From Trypanosoma brucei (lineage: Eukaryota), in assembly GCA_000002445.1 (NCBI GenBank), contig CP000070.1, positions 832,001-896,000 of the forward strand: 64,000 bases of DNA. Reading direction: 5' to 3'. This document shows positions 32,801-41,065 of the stretch, one piece after another. Position numbers and translations under genes: made by a program. Under the pieces are notes generated by a model. That model was given only the letters and a program-made list of their open reading frames with translations, did not search any database and was not told the origin of the DNA. Position 1 is the stretch's first letter. Each line of letters opens with the position of its first letter.

Positions 32801-35800
32801 CACCTTCTCTCTGACACACTCCCTCAATGCATCCACTTCCTCTTGCATCTTCTTCACCTTTTCCTCCATTTCCTCCAGATGACGACTCCGCAAGTCAAGT
32901 TCACGTGCCTTTTCGGCCTCCGAATCCCGAAGCCCACCGTTTTCAGTGCGAAGTTCAGCAAGTTGCTCTTCCATCTCATTAAGTTTCTCATTCTGCACAT
33001 CAAGTTCACGTGCTTTCGCCTCATCAGAGCCGCGAAGTTGCTCATTTTGAACTAAAAATTCTTGAAGCTTACCGTCCAAGTCACCTAGTAAACCTTCCTG
33101 AACAACAAGATCATTCGACTTACACTCCAAAGTTCTCTTGAGATCACAATTTTCTTCCACTAAAGCATCTAATTGGTTCTCTACAGCAGTTAGCCGCGCC
33201 TGTTGTGCAGCTAGTTCATTTGTTTTCTCCTCTTGTAATCGGAGAAGATCATCCCTCTCAGACGAAACATCATGCAGTTTTGCGCCAAGTTCACAGAGTT
33301 CTTGTTCTAGAGTATTCAGTTGTTGACGGCCTTCGTCGATTTGCTCCTTCAATAGATCTAGGCCATCCTTAGGTTCATTTAATTTCAACAGCAGCCGCTG
33401 CGTTTCCCTGAATGGGTAATGCTGAAGCCGTTGAGCAATTTCCGAAGGATGAATGCTTGAAGGATGGGTGACATCAAATTCAACCACACGACCACTCGGA
33501 GTGAACGTTACATTACTCACACAATCCCTGTAGACACGACATGCATTAGCAGCATCAACAACAACAGCACAACGTAACTCTTCCGGTTTATTCTTCAGCA
33601 ACTCATCTAACCTCTCACCTTGAAGTTGAACACACTGAGAACTTACCATGCAATCTCCCTCCATCGAAGCCATCCACCGAGAATCATGTTTCCGCAGCTC
33701 ATCATTTTCAGCACGAATCGCCTTCAGACTCTCTTGTAGCAAAGAAATTTTGGACTCAACGTTAACAATCAGTTCATTAAGAGACTCAATTTCCTTTGCG
33801 TTATCAAAATCAGTAAGACGAAGTTGCTCATTTTCCTCCTTAAGTTGTTGCAAATGCCGTTCCATCTCATGAAGTTTCTCATTCTGTACATCAAGTTCAC
33901 GTGCCTTGTCACCATCAGTATTGCGAAGCTCCTCATTCTCAGCGCGTAGTTCAGCAAGTTGCTCCTCCATCTCATGAAGTTTCTCATTCTGCACATCAAG
34001 TTCACGTGCCTTGTCACCATCAGTATTGCGAAGCTCCTCATTTTCCTCCTTAAGTTGTTGCAAATGCCGTTCCATCTCATGAAGTTTCTCATTCTGTACA
34101 TCAAGTTCACGTGCCTTGTCACCATCAGTATTGCGAAGCTCCTCATTCTCAGCGCGTAGTTCAGCAAGTTGCTCCTCCATCTCATGAAGTTTCTCATTCT
34201 GCACATCAAGTTCACGTGCCTTGTCACCATCAGTATTGCGAAGCTCCTCATTCTCAGCGCGTAGTTCAGCAAGTTGCTCTTCCATCTCATGAAGTTTCTC
34301 ATTCTGCACATCAAGTTCACGTGCCTTGTCCCCTTCAGTATTGCGAAGCTCCTCATTCTCAGCGCGTAGTTCAGCAAGTTGCTCCTCCATCTCATGAAGT
34401 TTCTCATTCTGCACATCAAGTTCACGTGCCTTGTCACCATCAGTATTGCGAAGCTCCTCATTCTCAGCGCGTAGTTCAGCAAGTTGCTCTTCCATCTCAT
34501 GAAGTTTCTCATTCTGCACATCAAGTTCACGTGCCTTGTCCCCTTCAGTATTGCGAAGCTCCTCATTCTCAGCGCGTAGTTCAGCAAGTTGCTCCTCCAT
34601 CTCATGAAGTTTCTCATTCTGCACATCAAGTTCACGTGCCTTGTCACCATCAGTATTGCGAAGCTCCTCATTCTCAGCGCGTAGTTCAGCAAGTTGCTCC
34701 TCCATCTCATGAAGTTTCTCATTCTGTACATCAAGTTCACGTGCCTTGTCACCATCAGTATTGCGAAGCTCCTCATTCTCAGCGCGTAGTTCAGCAAGTT
34801 GCTCTTCCATCTCATGAAGTTTCTCATTCTGCACATCAAGTTCACGTGCCTTGTCACCATCAGTATTGCGAAGCTCCTCATTCTCAGCGCGTAGTTCAGC
34901 AAGTTGCTCTTCCATCTCATGAAGTTTCTCATTCTGCACATCAAGTTCACGTGCCTTGTCACCATCAGTATTGCGAAGCTCCTCATTCTCAGCGCGTAGT
35001 TCAGCAAGTTGCTCTTCCATCTCATGAAGTTTCTCATTCTGTACATCAAGTTCACGTGCCTTGTCACCATCAGTATTGCGAAGCTCCTCATTTTCAGCGC
35101 GTAGTTCAGCAAGTTGCTCCTCCATCTCATGAAGTTTCTCATTCTGCACATCAAGTTCACGTGCCTTGTCACCTTCAGTATTGCGAAGCTCCTCATTTTC
35201 AGCGCGTAGTTCAGCAAGTTGCTCTTCCATCTCATGAAGTTTCTCATTCTGTACATCAAGTTCACGTGCCTTGTCACCATCAGTATTGCGAAGCTCCTCA
35301 TTTTCAGCGCGTAGTTCGGCAAGTTGCTCCTCCATCTCATGAAGTTTCTCATTCTGTACATCAAGTTCACGTGCCTTGTCACCATCAGTATTGCGAAGCT
35401 CCTCATTTTCAGCGCGTAGTTCGGCAAGTTGCTCCTCCATCTCATGAAGTTTCTCATTCTGTACATCAAGTTCACGTGCCTTGTCACCATCAGTATTGCG
35501 AAGCTCCTCATTTTCAGCGCGTAGTTCAGCAAGTTGCTCCTCCATCTCATGAAGTTTCTCATTCTGCACATCAAGTTCACGTGCCTTGTCCCCTTCAGTA
35601 TTGCGAAGCTCCTCATTCTCAGCGCGTAGTTCAGCAAGTTGCTCCTCCATCTCATGAAGTTTCTCATTCTGCACATCAAGTTCACGTGCCTTGTCCCCTT
35701 CAGTATTGCGAAGCTCCTCATTCTCAGTGCGTAGTTCAGCAAGTTGCTCCTCCATCTCATGAAGTTTCTCATTCTGCACATCAAGTTCACGTGCCTTGTC

Positions 35801-38800
35801 CCCTTCAGTATTGCGAAGCTCCTCATTTTCAGCGCGTAGTTCAGCAAGTTGCTCCTCCATCTCATGAAGTTTCTCATTCTGTACATCAAGTTCACGTGCC
35901 TTGTCACCATCAGTATTGCGAAGCTCCTCATTCTCAGCGCGTAGTTCAGCAAGTTGCTCTTCCATCTCATGAAGTTTCTCATTCTGCACATCAAGTTCAC
36001 GTGCCTTGTCCCCTTCAGTATTGCGAAGCTCCTCATTCTCTGCGCGTAGTTCAGCAAGTTGCTCCTCCATCTCATGAAGTTTCTCATTCTGTACATCAAG
36101 TTCACGTGCCTTGTCACCATCAGTATTGCGAAGCTCCTCATTCTCAGCGCGTAGTTCAGCAAGTTGCTCCTCCATCTCATGAAGTTTCTCATTCTGTACA
36201 TCAAGTTCACGTGCCTTGTCACCATCAGTATTGCGAAGCTCCTCATTCTCAGCGCGTAGTTCAGCAAGTTGCTCTTCCATCTCATGAAGTTTCTCATTCT
36301 GCACATCAAGTTCACGTGCCTTGTCCCCTTCAGTATTGCGAAGCTCCTCATTCTCAGCGCGTAGTTCGGCAAGTTGCTCCTCCATCTCATGAAGTTTCTC
36401 ATTCTGCACATCAAGTTCACGTGCCTTGTCCCCTTCAGTATTGCGAAGCTCCTCATTCTCAGCGCGTAGTTCAGCAAGTTGCTCCTCCATCTCATGAAGT
36501 TTCTCATTCTGCACATCAAGTTCACGTGCCTTGTCCCCTTCAGTATTGCGAAGCTCCTCATTTTCAGCGCGTAGTTCAGCAAGTTGTTCCTCCATCTCAT
36601 GAAGTTTCTCATTCTGCACATCAAGTTCACGTGCCTTGTCCCCTTCAGTATTGCGAAGCTCCTCATTTTCAGCGCGTAGTTCGGCAAGTTGCTCCTCCAT
36701 CTCATGAAGTTTCTCATTCTGCACATCAAGTTCACGTGCCTTGTCCCCTTCAGTATTGCGAAGCTCCTCATTCTCAGCGCGTAGTTCAGCAAGTTGCTCC
36801 TCCATCTCATGAAGTTTCTCATTCTGCACATCAAGTTCACGTGCCTTGTCACCATCAGTATTGCGAAGCTCCTCATTCTCAGCGCGTAGTTCAGCAAGTT
36901 GCTCCTCCATCTCATGAAGTTTCTCATTCTGCACATCAAGTTCACGTGCCTTGTCACCATCAGTATTGCGAAGCTCCTCATTTTCAGCGCGTAGTTCAGC
37001 AAGTTGCTCTTCCATCTCATGAACGTATCCCTGCAGCTGGACGTCACCTGATGCTGCTTCCCTAATGCGATGAAGCTCCTCATTTTCAGCGCGTAGTTCA
37101 GCAAGTTGCTCTTCCATCTCATGAACGTATCCCTGCAGCTCGACGTCACCTGATGCTGCTTCCCTAATGCGATGAAGCTCCTCATTTTCAGCGCGTAGTT
37201 CAGCAAGTTGCTCTTCCATCTCATGAACGTATCCCTGCAGCTCGACGTCACCTGATGCTGCTTCCCTAATGCGATGAAGCTCCTCATTTTCAGCGCGTAG
37301 TTCAGCAAGTTGCTCTTCCATCTCATGAACGTATCCCTGCAGCTCGACGTCACCTGAAGCTGCTTCCCTAATGCAATGAAGCTCTTCTTTTTCTATTAGT
37401 TGTCCTATTATCTGTTGATGTGGTCGCATGGGGCTGTGTTGTCCTTGTTTGTCTTCTTTTATTCGTACTGCTTTTCTTTCTTCGGGGGACTCTTCGCTTA
37501 ATGGTTCTTCGGTTTTTTGTTGCCTCTGACGATGTGCTCTTATGTTACATATATTATCTTTGTCGTGATCACGTAACGATTCGTCTTGTTCATGTAGCTT
37601 GCTGTGCTCTGTTGGGGTTTCTTTTCTGTACGTTTCCCTTGTCTGACATTCTTCTGAACTTTCGACGGATGTGTTGGTGCGGGTTGTTTCTTCTTCGCTA
37701 GTTTCTTTCTCTAAAAGATATCCGTCGTCTTTTGCGTCCTCGGTTTTTGTTTGAATAACTTCTTCTTTGTTTTCTTTTGTCCGGCGTAGTAAAGTGTTTT
37801 CGTCATTCAGTATGCGTAGCCTCTCCTCCAATGCTTTTATGTGCCCTCGTAGTTCCTCAATCTGAGCAATTTCCTCCCTGGTGGACATGAATAAATCACC
37901 ATCGTCCAGGGTTTCGTGCAAACTGTGAGAATAAGAAGGACTGTCTTGGTGATCTCCTTCCCTCCGGCCTCTATTGCTGTGTTGGTGAGGGTCACTTTCT
38001 CCTTGTTTCCCGATCGTTTGCATTAGTTGCAACACTGAAAGAAACTCTGCCCTCCTGACCCGTTGTGCGAGATCGTATTGTGACACGGAAGGAGGGTGAG
38101 AGACGGTGAACACGACAGATGTGTAGTACTCATTGAAACAAATATCGTCAATATCACTGATATCTACCTGGCAAGCACGAGCGGCATCCACAAGAACGGC
38201 TTTGTTGATATCTTCTCTATTGTTGATTATGTGCGTCCTCCATTCACGGAGATCGATATTCTTTTTGAGTGTGGATGTGACCCTCTCCCCATGTTGGTCT
38301 TTATGTCCCTCGATGATGTAGCCCTCTCTGCTCCCACCGCGAGTTGATGCATGCAGCGGAGACTCGTGCTCACTTACCCCCTGGTCCGTAGCGTCGTATC
38401 CTCTAATCTGATCACCGCTGCTTTCCCTTTGTAGTTCCTCTATTTCTTTGCGGTAGTGCTCCAGCTGACGAAGATCTTCGTCATGGCGCTGCTTAAGTTC
38501 GCTGATCTTGATTATCCCTTCTTGGCGCGTCTTCTCTGCCAGTTCACGCTGCTCGTTCAGGAGCTGCTGTAGCTCGTTGTTCACCCGCTGCGCTTCTTCA
38601 ATTTGTTGTAAGAGGTCACTGTTCTCTTCATGGGCAATATCAGTGGAATTTTGCCGTGGCTGAGAGTCCACTGCTTCGTCCTTCGGCTGCAAACCACCAC
38701 AGCTGAACCCCCCTTCCAACGCATGATGAAGAGCAACGTGGAGCAGCGGGCGGTGAATGGTAGCGCACCAGTCAATGAACTGCACATCCTTGTCCGTAAT

Positions 38801-39892
38801 GCTAACGACATCACCATTATCATCCGAAATACTCAAAACTGTCAGAATACAAGAACGGGAAACGTTGGTTGACGGCCTATCAGCAGAGGCAACGAACGTA
38901 AGGTACTGTTCGCTCTCATCTTCGCAAGCCCCATCGTCAACACTGCTTCCCTCTTCAGCACTGCAGTGCAACTTTGTTTCAATGCGCTTGATTTGCGTGT
39001 TCAGTTCCTTTATGTGAGCTATGTGGCTGGTAATATTCGCGTGCAGCTCGTCTGTGGACCGCTGAGAGTTTACGATCTCACATATGACGTGAAACATGCC
39101 CATCTGGGCAATGATCCAATCAAAAAGAAGAGGTAGCAGGGTGTCAGTACCGGACCTCGACCCGCCGGTCGTTTTCCCACTTAGTTGATTGCAGTAGAGG
39201 TGGACATCGGACATGTAGGCATCGTTGATGTCGTTGTAAAGTTCTACGCTCATATCAGTCATTGGGTCAAATTCCAGCAACCGCTGTATGTAGGTCGGAT
39301 CCCTCACAGCGGCCCGCAGGTCCTCCCACGACCATGAGGAATCAACAACCAAGTCCTCATTTAGAAGTGCGACAGTTGCCTCTAGCGCAAGCCGAAGTTG
39401 CACCGATGGAACCCGTGTGTTGAACACTTCGTGAAGTCGCACCTCCTCTACAGCCGCAATAGCACGACGAACGGCATCGGAAGACTCCTTTGCACGCCCC
39501 ATGGCCGCCTCATTGTTACGCCGAACAGCCGCCATCTCCTCGCGCAACGCCATAACACTCATGTGGCGGTGCCTCATCTCCTCCATTTTCCTCTCTTTGT
39601 CGATCCTTAGTGTGTTGAGAACAGCGGGATCGTGGCTGTTCTGTGGGAGCAACACACGCACCGTAGCGGAACGTGAATCCAGCTGCAACACGCGCCCCAG
39701 AAACCATCGCCGCTTGGAAGCTTTGCCTAATAATTCATAGGCCACAAGAGACCCCACGCACAAGGGGTCTTTCACACTATTAAGTAACGACTTCACACGG
39801 CTGTGGGTCGGACTAGCGCCTTTGTCCAACGCATGCAGAGAATCTGCTGTTTGTGACCACTCCTCATCGAAATGGCCTTCGGCGGTTGCCAT
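26888..39892 (-). CDS. FAZ10: Giant (4334 aa, ~0.5 MDa) coiled-coil repeat protein; candidate FAZ10-type flagellum-attachment-zone protein
   Basis: Single uninterrupted minus-frame ORF. The track start is GTG; the first ATG is at 39890-39892 ('MATAEGHFDEEW'), checked. ~750-aa non-repetitive N-terminal region, then heptad-rich coiled coil built from 35-aa repeats 'EELRNT(D/E)GDKARELDVQNEKLHEMEEQLAELRAEN'. The FAZ10 assignment rests on size and on recalled neighbouring genes, not on a search. Confidence 0.85.
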   Translation of the reverse strand: MATAEGHFDEEWSQTADSLHALDKGASPTHSRVKSLLNSVKDPLCVGSLVAYELLGKASKRRWFLGRVLQLDSRSATVRVLLPQNSHDPAVLNTLRIDKERKMEEMRHRHMSVMALREEMAAVRRNNEAAMGRAKESSDAVRRAIAAVEEVRLHEVFNTRVPSVQLRLALEATVALLNEDLVVDSSWSWEDLRAAVRDPTYIQRLLEFDPMTDMSVELYNDINDAYMSDVHLYCNQLSGKTTGGSRSGTDTLLPLLFDWIIAQMGMFHVICEIVNSQRSTDELHANITSHIAHIKELNTQIKRIETKLHCSAEEGSSVDDGACEDESEQYLTFVASADRPSTNVSRSCILTVLSISDDNGDVVSITDKDVQFIDWCATIHRPLLHVALHHALEGGFSCGGLQPKDEAVDSQPRQNSTDIAHEENSDLLQQIEEAQRVNNELQQLLNEQRELAEKTRQEGIIKISELKQRHDEDLRQLEHYRKEIEELQRESSGDQIRGYDATDQGVSEHESPLHASTRGGSREGYIIEGHKDQHGERVTSTLKKNIDLREWRTHIINNREDINKAVLVDAARACQVDISDIDDICFNEYYTSVVFTVSHPPSVSQYDLAQRVRRAEFLSVLQLMQTIGKQGESDPHQHSNRGRREGDHQDSPSYSHSLHETLDDGDLFMSTREEIAQIEELRGHIKALEERLRILNDENTLLRRTKENKEEVIQTKTEDAKDDGYLLEKETSEEETTRTNTSVESSEECQTRETYRKETPTEHSKLHEQDESLRDHDKDNICNIRAHRQRQQKTEEPLSEESPEERKAVRIKEDKQGQHSPMRPHQQIIGQLIEKEELHCIREAASGDVELQGYVHEMEEQLAELRAENEELHRIREAASGDVELQGYVHEMEEQLAELRAENEELHRIREAASGDVELQGYVHEMEEQLAELRAENEELHRIREAASGDVQLQGYVHEMEEQLAELRAENEELRNTDGDKARELDVQNEKLHEMEEQLAELRAENEELRNTDGDKARELDVQNEKLHEMEEQLAELRAENEELRNTEGDKARELDVQNEKLHEMEEQLAELRAENEELRNTEGDKARELDVQNEKLHEMEEQLAELRAENEELRNTEGDKARELDVQNEKLHEMEEQLAELRAENEELRNTEGDKARELDVQNEKLHEMEEQLAELRAENEELRNTEGDKARELDVQNEKLHEMEEQLAELRAENEELRNTDGDKARELDVQNEKLHEMEEQLAELRAENEELRNTDGDKARELDVQNEKLHEMEEQLAELRAENEELRNTEGDKARELDVQNEKLHEMEEQLAELRAENEELRNTDGDKARELDVQNEKLHEMEEQLAELRAENEELRNTEGDKARELDVQNEKLHEMEEQLAELRTENEELRNTEGDKARELDVQNEKLHEMEEQLAELRAENEELRNTEGDKARELDVQNEKLHEMEEQLAELRAENEELRNTDGDKARELDVQNEKLHEMEEQLAELRAENEELRNTDGDKARELDVQNEKLHEMEEQLAELRAENEELRNTDGDKARELDVQNEKLHEMEEQLAELRAENEELRNTEGDKARELDVQNEKLHEMEEQLAELRAENEELRNTDGDKARELDVQNEKLHEMEEQLAELRAENEELRNTDGDKARELDVQNEKLHEMEEQLAELRAENEELRNTDGDKARELDVQNEKLHEMEEQLAELRAENEELRNTDGDKARELDVQNEKLHEMEEQLAELRAENEELRNTDGDKARELDVQNEKLHEMEEQLAELRAENEELRNTEGDKARELDVQNEKLHEMEEQLAELRAENEELRNTDGDKARELDVQNEKLHEMEEQLAELRAENEELRNTEGDKARELDVQNEKLHEMEEQLAELRAENEELRNTDGDKARELDVQNEKLHEMEEQLAELRAENEELRNTDGDKARELDVQNEKLHEMERHLQQLKEENEELRNTDGDKARELDVQNEKLHEMEEQLAELRAENEELRNTDGDKARELDVQNEKLHEMERHLQQLKEENEQLRLTDFDNAKEIESLNELIVNVESKISLLQESLKAIRAENDELRKHDSRWMASMEGDCMVSSQCVQLQGERLDELLKNKPEELRCAVVVDAANACRVYRDCVSNVTFTPSGRVVEFDVTHPSSIHPSEIAQRLQHYPFRETQRLLLKLNEPKDGLDLLKEQIDEGRQQLNTLEQELCELGAKLHDVSSERDDLLRLQEEKTNELAAQQARLTAVENQLDALVEENCDLKRTLECKSNDLVVQEGLLGDLDGKLQEFLVQNEQLRGSDEAKARELDVQNEKLNEMEEQLAELRTENGGLRDSEAEKARELDLRSRHLEEMEEKVKKMQEEVDALRECVREKVIELDAQNELCSAKDQHIKKLSKESEELHRAEEEKARELDLLKKHVCEVERHLQQLKEENEQLRLAESDNAKEIESLNELIANVESKISLLQESLKAIRAENDELRKHDSRWMASMEGDCMVSSQCVQLQGERLDELLKNKPEELRCAVVVDAANACRVYRDCVSNVTFTPSGRVVEFDVTHPSSIHPSEIAQRLQHYPFRETQRLLLKLNEPKDGLDLLKEQIDEGRQQLNTLEQELCELGAKLHDVSSERDDLLRLQEEKTNELAAQQARLTAVENQLNTLARENEELCKNNEIISVDAKKQSEYIQDVHRQMRTLSESHSNLQQICNSKTNQIEELNSQLRQLQQDANELQKENEQLREHEVEKSLDLCVQSGRVQELVEQLREVRTENTGIREEQHAKLRELEVRNQQLLYLQKELEQKINGLRTENEELRNTEGDKARELDVQNEKLHEMEEQLAELRAENEELRNTDGDKARELDVQNEKLHEMEEQLAELRAENEELRNTDGDKARELDVQNEKLHEMEEQLAELRAENEELRNTDGDKARELDVQNEKLHEMEEQLAELRAENEELRNTDGDKARELDVQNEKLHEMEEQLAELRAENEELRNTDGDKARELDVQNEKLHEMEEQLAELRAENEELRNTDGDKARELDVQNEKLHEMEEQLAELRAENEELRNTDGDKARELDVQNEKLHEMEEQLAELRAENEELRNTDGDKARELDVQNEKLHEMEEQLAELRAENEELRNTEGDKARELDVQNEKLHEMEEQLAELRAENEELRNTDGDKARELDVQNEKLHEMEEQLAELRAENEELRNTDGDKARELDVQNEKLHEMEEQLAELRAENEELRNTEGDKARELDVQNEKLHEMEEQLAELRAENEELRNTDGDKARELDVQNEKLHEMEEQLAELRAENEELRNTDGDKARELDVQNEKLHEMEEQLAELRAENEELRNTDGDKARELDVQNEKLHEMEEQLAELRAENEELRNTDGDKARELDVQNEKLHEMEEQLAELRAENEELRNTDGDKARELDVQNEKLHEMEEQLAELRAENEELRNTDGDKARELDVQNEKLHEMEEQLAELRAENEELRNTDGDKARELDVQNEKLHEMEEQLAELRAENEELRNTDGDKARELDVQNEKLHEMEEQLAELRAENEELRNTEGDKARELDVQNEKLHEMEEQLAELRTENEELRRSNELFSLRNDDRDVSRDAKDGAMKIDSDGEYLLKEKSADVDVSGDGDGIGVIKNELILVKRENIDLRSVDDENSKEIECLLSDVKELRLKLSEISSENDELRKELDIKSHELVVQGELLQELGDRLKEFLTQNEQLRGTDELRVDELDKQQRRLRDMEEQVMELQAVNERKTNELVSQSDGLRKAVDALKKLRSGVDVVDASSHNDRPSVLMSNALDDLEEALNEPSRGGEEERKHDSRWMASMEGDCMVSSQCVQLQGERLDELLKNKPEELRCAVVVDAANACRVYRDCVSNVTFTPSGRVVEFDVTHPSSIHPSEIAQRLQHYPFRETQRLLLGSSIGTNDAGGGNLTMSSFLRRACGVMVDEQGVFVDEVLSRLVIERSSLSSLQCLLVVGFLNRDRIRAKREGDLLDELEERATEHTEMLENMEEMVVLLDEARQAECTVRSELFAREEELLELRCTQDRDKKFRDEMLLSLFNMLEKARSSHVEVARGKVEELMSGVYLVGELEQEVKKLSEENAALREELEQREITHKEDLDALNRKIAALLLELDEKGFEYTDTIGKLDEFVNVLEGARAAEKAALMALEAREQELFDLQDAKDDEMREVEAVMQQLEARIEELQGGMPVPLPWTSSEHLGETGNSTTSAVTVPSASNLAVGGTDIISSMRHQLERLKREKEALMVELQSKGRQHDDVVDELNRNIGGLMTDLDSRIRGCQVSATSAKELLREISLLRSVEEGEDDEDEGDATGCPTTHLGGPWAHH
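29195..31525 (-). repeat. Array A: ~22 tandem copies of a 105-bp coding repeat (35-aa unit) inside the giant gene
   Basis: Period measured from 'tcagtattgcgaagctcctcatt' recurring every 105 bp. Copies differ only at a few mostly synonymous positions (ctgcacatc/ctgtacatc, ctcctcc/ctcttcc) and a D/E site. Confidence 0.9.
31960..32650 (-). repeat. ~690-bp intragenic module, duplicated at 33165-33855 (period ~1205 bp); a 300-bp partial third copy lies at 28183-28483
   Basis: 'cagcagccgctgcgtttccctgaatgggtaatgctgaagccgttgagc' appears at 28183, 32187 and 33393, identical over ~300 bp. Encodes 'KHDSRWMASMEGD...VVVDAANACRVYRDCVSNVTFTPSGRVVEFDVTHPSSIHPSEIAQRLQHYPFRETQRLL'. Confidence 0.85.
33856..37020 (-). 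repeat. Array B: ~30 tandem copies of the same 105-bp repeat
   Basis: Same unit as array A, separated from it by ~2.3 kb of unique or duplicated module sequence. Confidence 0.9.
37020..37385 (-). repeat. ~3.5 copies of a diverged 102-bp (34-aa) repeat at the protein-N-terminal side of array B
   Basis: 'gcgatgaagctcctcattttcagcgcgtagttcagcaagttgctcttccatctcatgaacgtatccctgcagctcgacgtcacctgatgctgcttccctaat' recurs with period 102. Protein unit 'EEQLAELRAENEELHRIREAASGDVELQGYVHEM'. Confidence 0.85.
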
Positions 39893-41065
39893 TGTAGGAA
39901 AGAGAACACGGAACACTAGCTAAAGCACCCAAAAGTACCTGGTCCCAAAACCCTGGTTGACACTTTGCTACTCTCCCCCTTCCCTCAATCGCTCTACTAC
40001 ACCTCGCTCACAAGTTCTACTGACTTCGCACTCAGCGGAGTTCGGATTCTTCCAAGACACGGCCAAATCCTCTCCTCCTCCTCCTCCTGTTTTTGCCCTT
40101 TTTTTTTCGTTCTATTACAAAAATTAAACAAAACTTTTGTCCTCCCCAACACTCACCCTCGCGGTGGCAAACACCAGTAGCAGTGGTGGTGTCGCCTCGT
40201 CACACTCGAAATGAACTACCGACTTGGGTGTGTTAACTCAGCCTTTCCACGGGGTTAGATCGCTCTTCAACTTTTCTGGCCCCTGTAGGTGCGGTTCTGA
40301 CCGTTCTTCGGGAATACTATAATGTACAACGATGCAAGCAGAGGAAACAGGAGAAATGAAATGATGGACACGACCCACTTGTAAAATCGACTAGTGCGTG
40401 GGTCTAAAGATAACACACAAATGCACAGTTATTTGTTTCTTACAAAGAAATCCGCACACTCAACGATACTTTTTCGACCTCTTCCTGCCGCTTGCAGTCT
40501 GACGCTCTTGCAACGATCCGCAAAAGCACAAGGCCAACACCAAACAGATACGATGCGATATGATATTATACGTATACCCACGTAATATCCAGAAAGTAGC
40601 GCATCTGCATCCTCCCCCCCCCCTCGTTGCAGCCACCTGTTTCTACGTGCGGGCACAATAAAGGAAGAAGGTCGCTTCCTTCTCACTATCAAGTGGAGGT
40701 CAAAGGAAAGACCACCCCTCTGGTCTGAGGCTTAAAATGAAAACAACGATGTGTCGGCAACTTCTGCAGTTCATTCAGGAGAATGGCACAACGTCGCATG
40801 TACGACCACCGTCGCCACCAGCAGCGGCACCGACAGAAGTTGATAGTTATAATTTTTTCCCCCTTTTAAAGTTCTGTACCGCGTAATCACCCGATGCCTC
40901 CTCCCTTCCTGTCGTTTGCTCGATGGGGAAGATAAATGTGAACGACAAATGTGGCAGTCACTTGTGAAGGGTCAAAATCAAAACATACCAATACACCACC
41001 AACTACGTCCTCAGCCTGACACCGCACCTTCCCACGCACGCACTCGCATGGGGCACCACACGCTC

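Noticed and set aside
29195-37020. Regularly spaced 105-bp direct repeats that could superficially resemble a CRISPR-like array
   Set aside because: There are no interspersed unique spacers. The repeats are in-frame coding sequence within a eukaryotic gene, and the genome context is trypanosomatid.
33769-37353. 1194-aa minus-strand ORF ('RMRNFMRWRSNLLNYALKMRSFAILMVTRHVNLMC' repeats), and the 779-aa ORF at 29191-31530
   Set aside because: Alternative reading frame of the same repeat arrays. The heptad-bearing frame (26888-39892) is continuous across unique and repeat sequence and is the real one.
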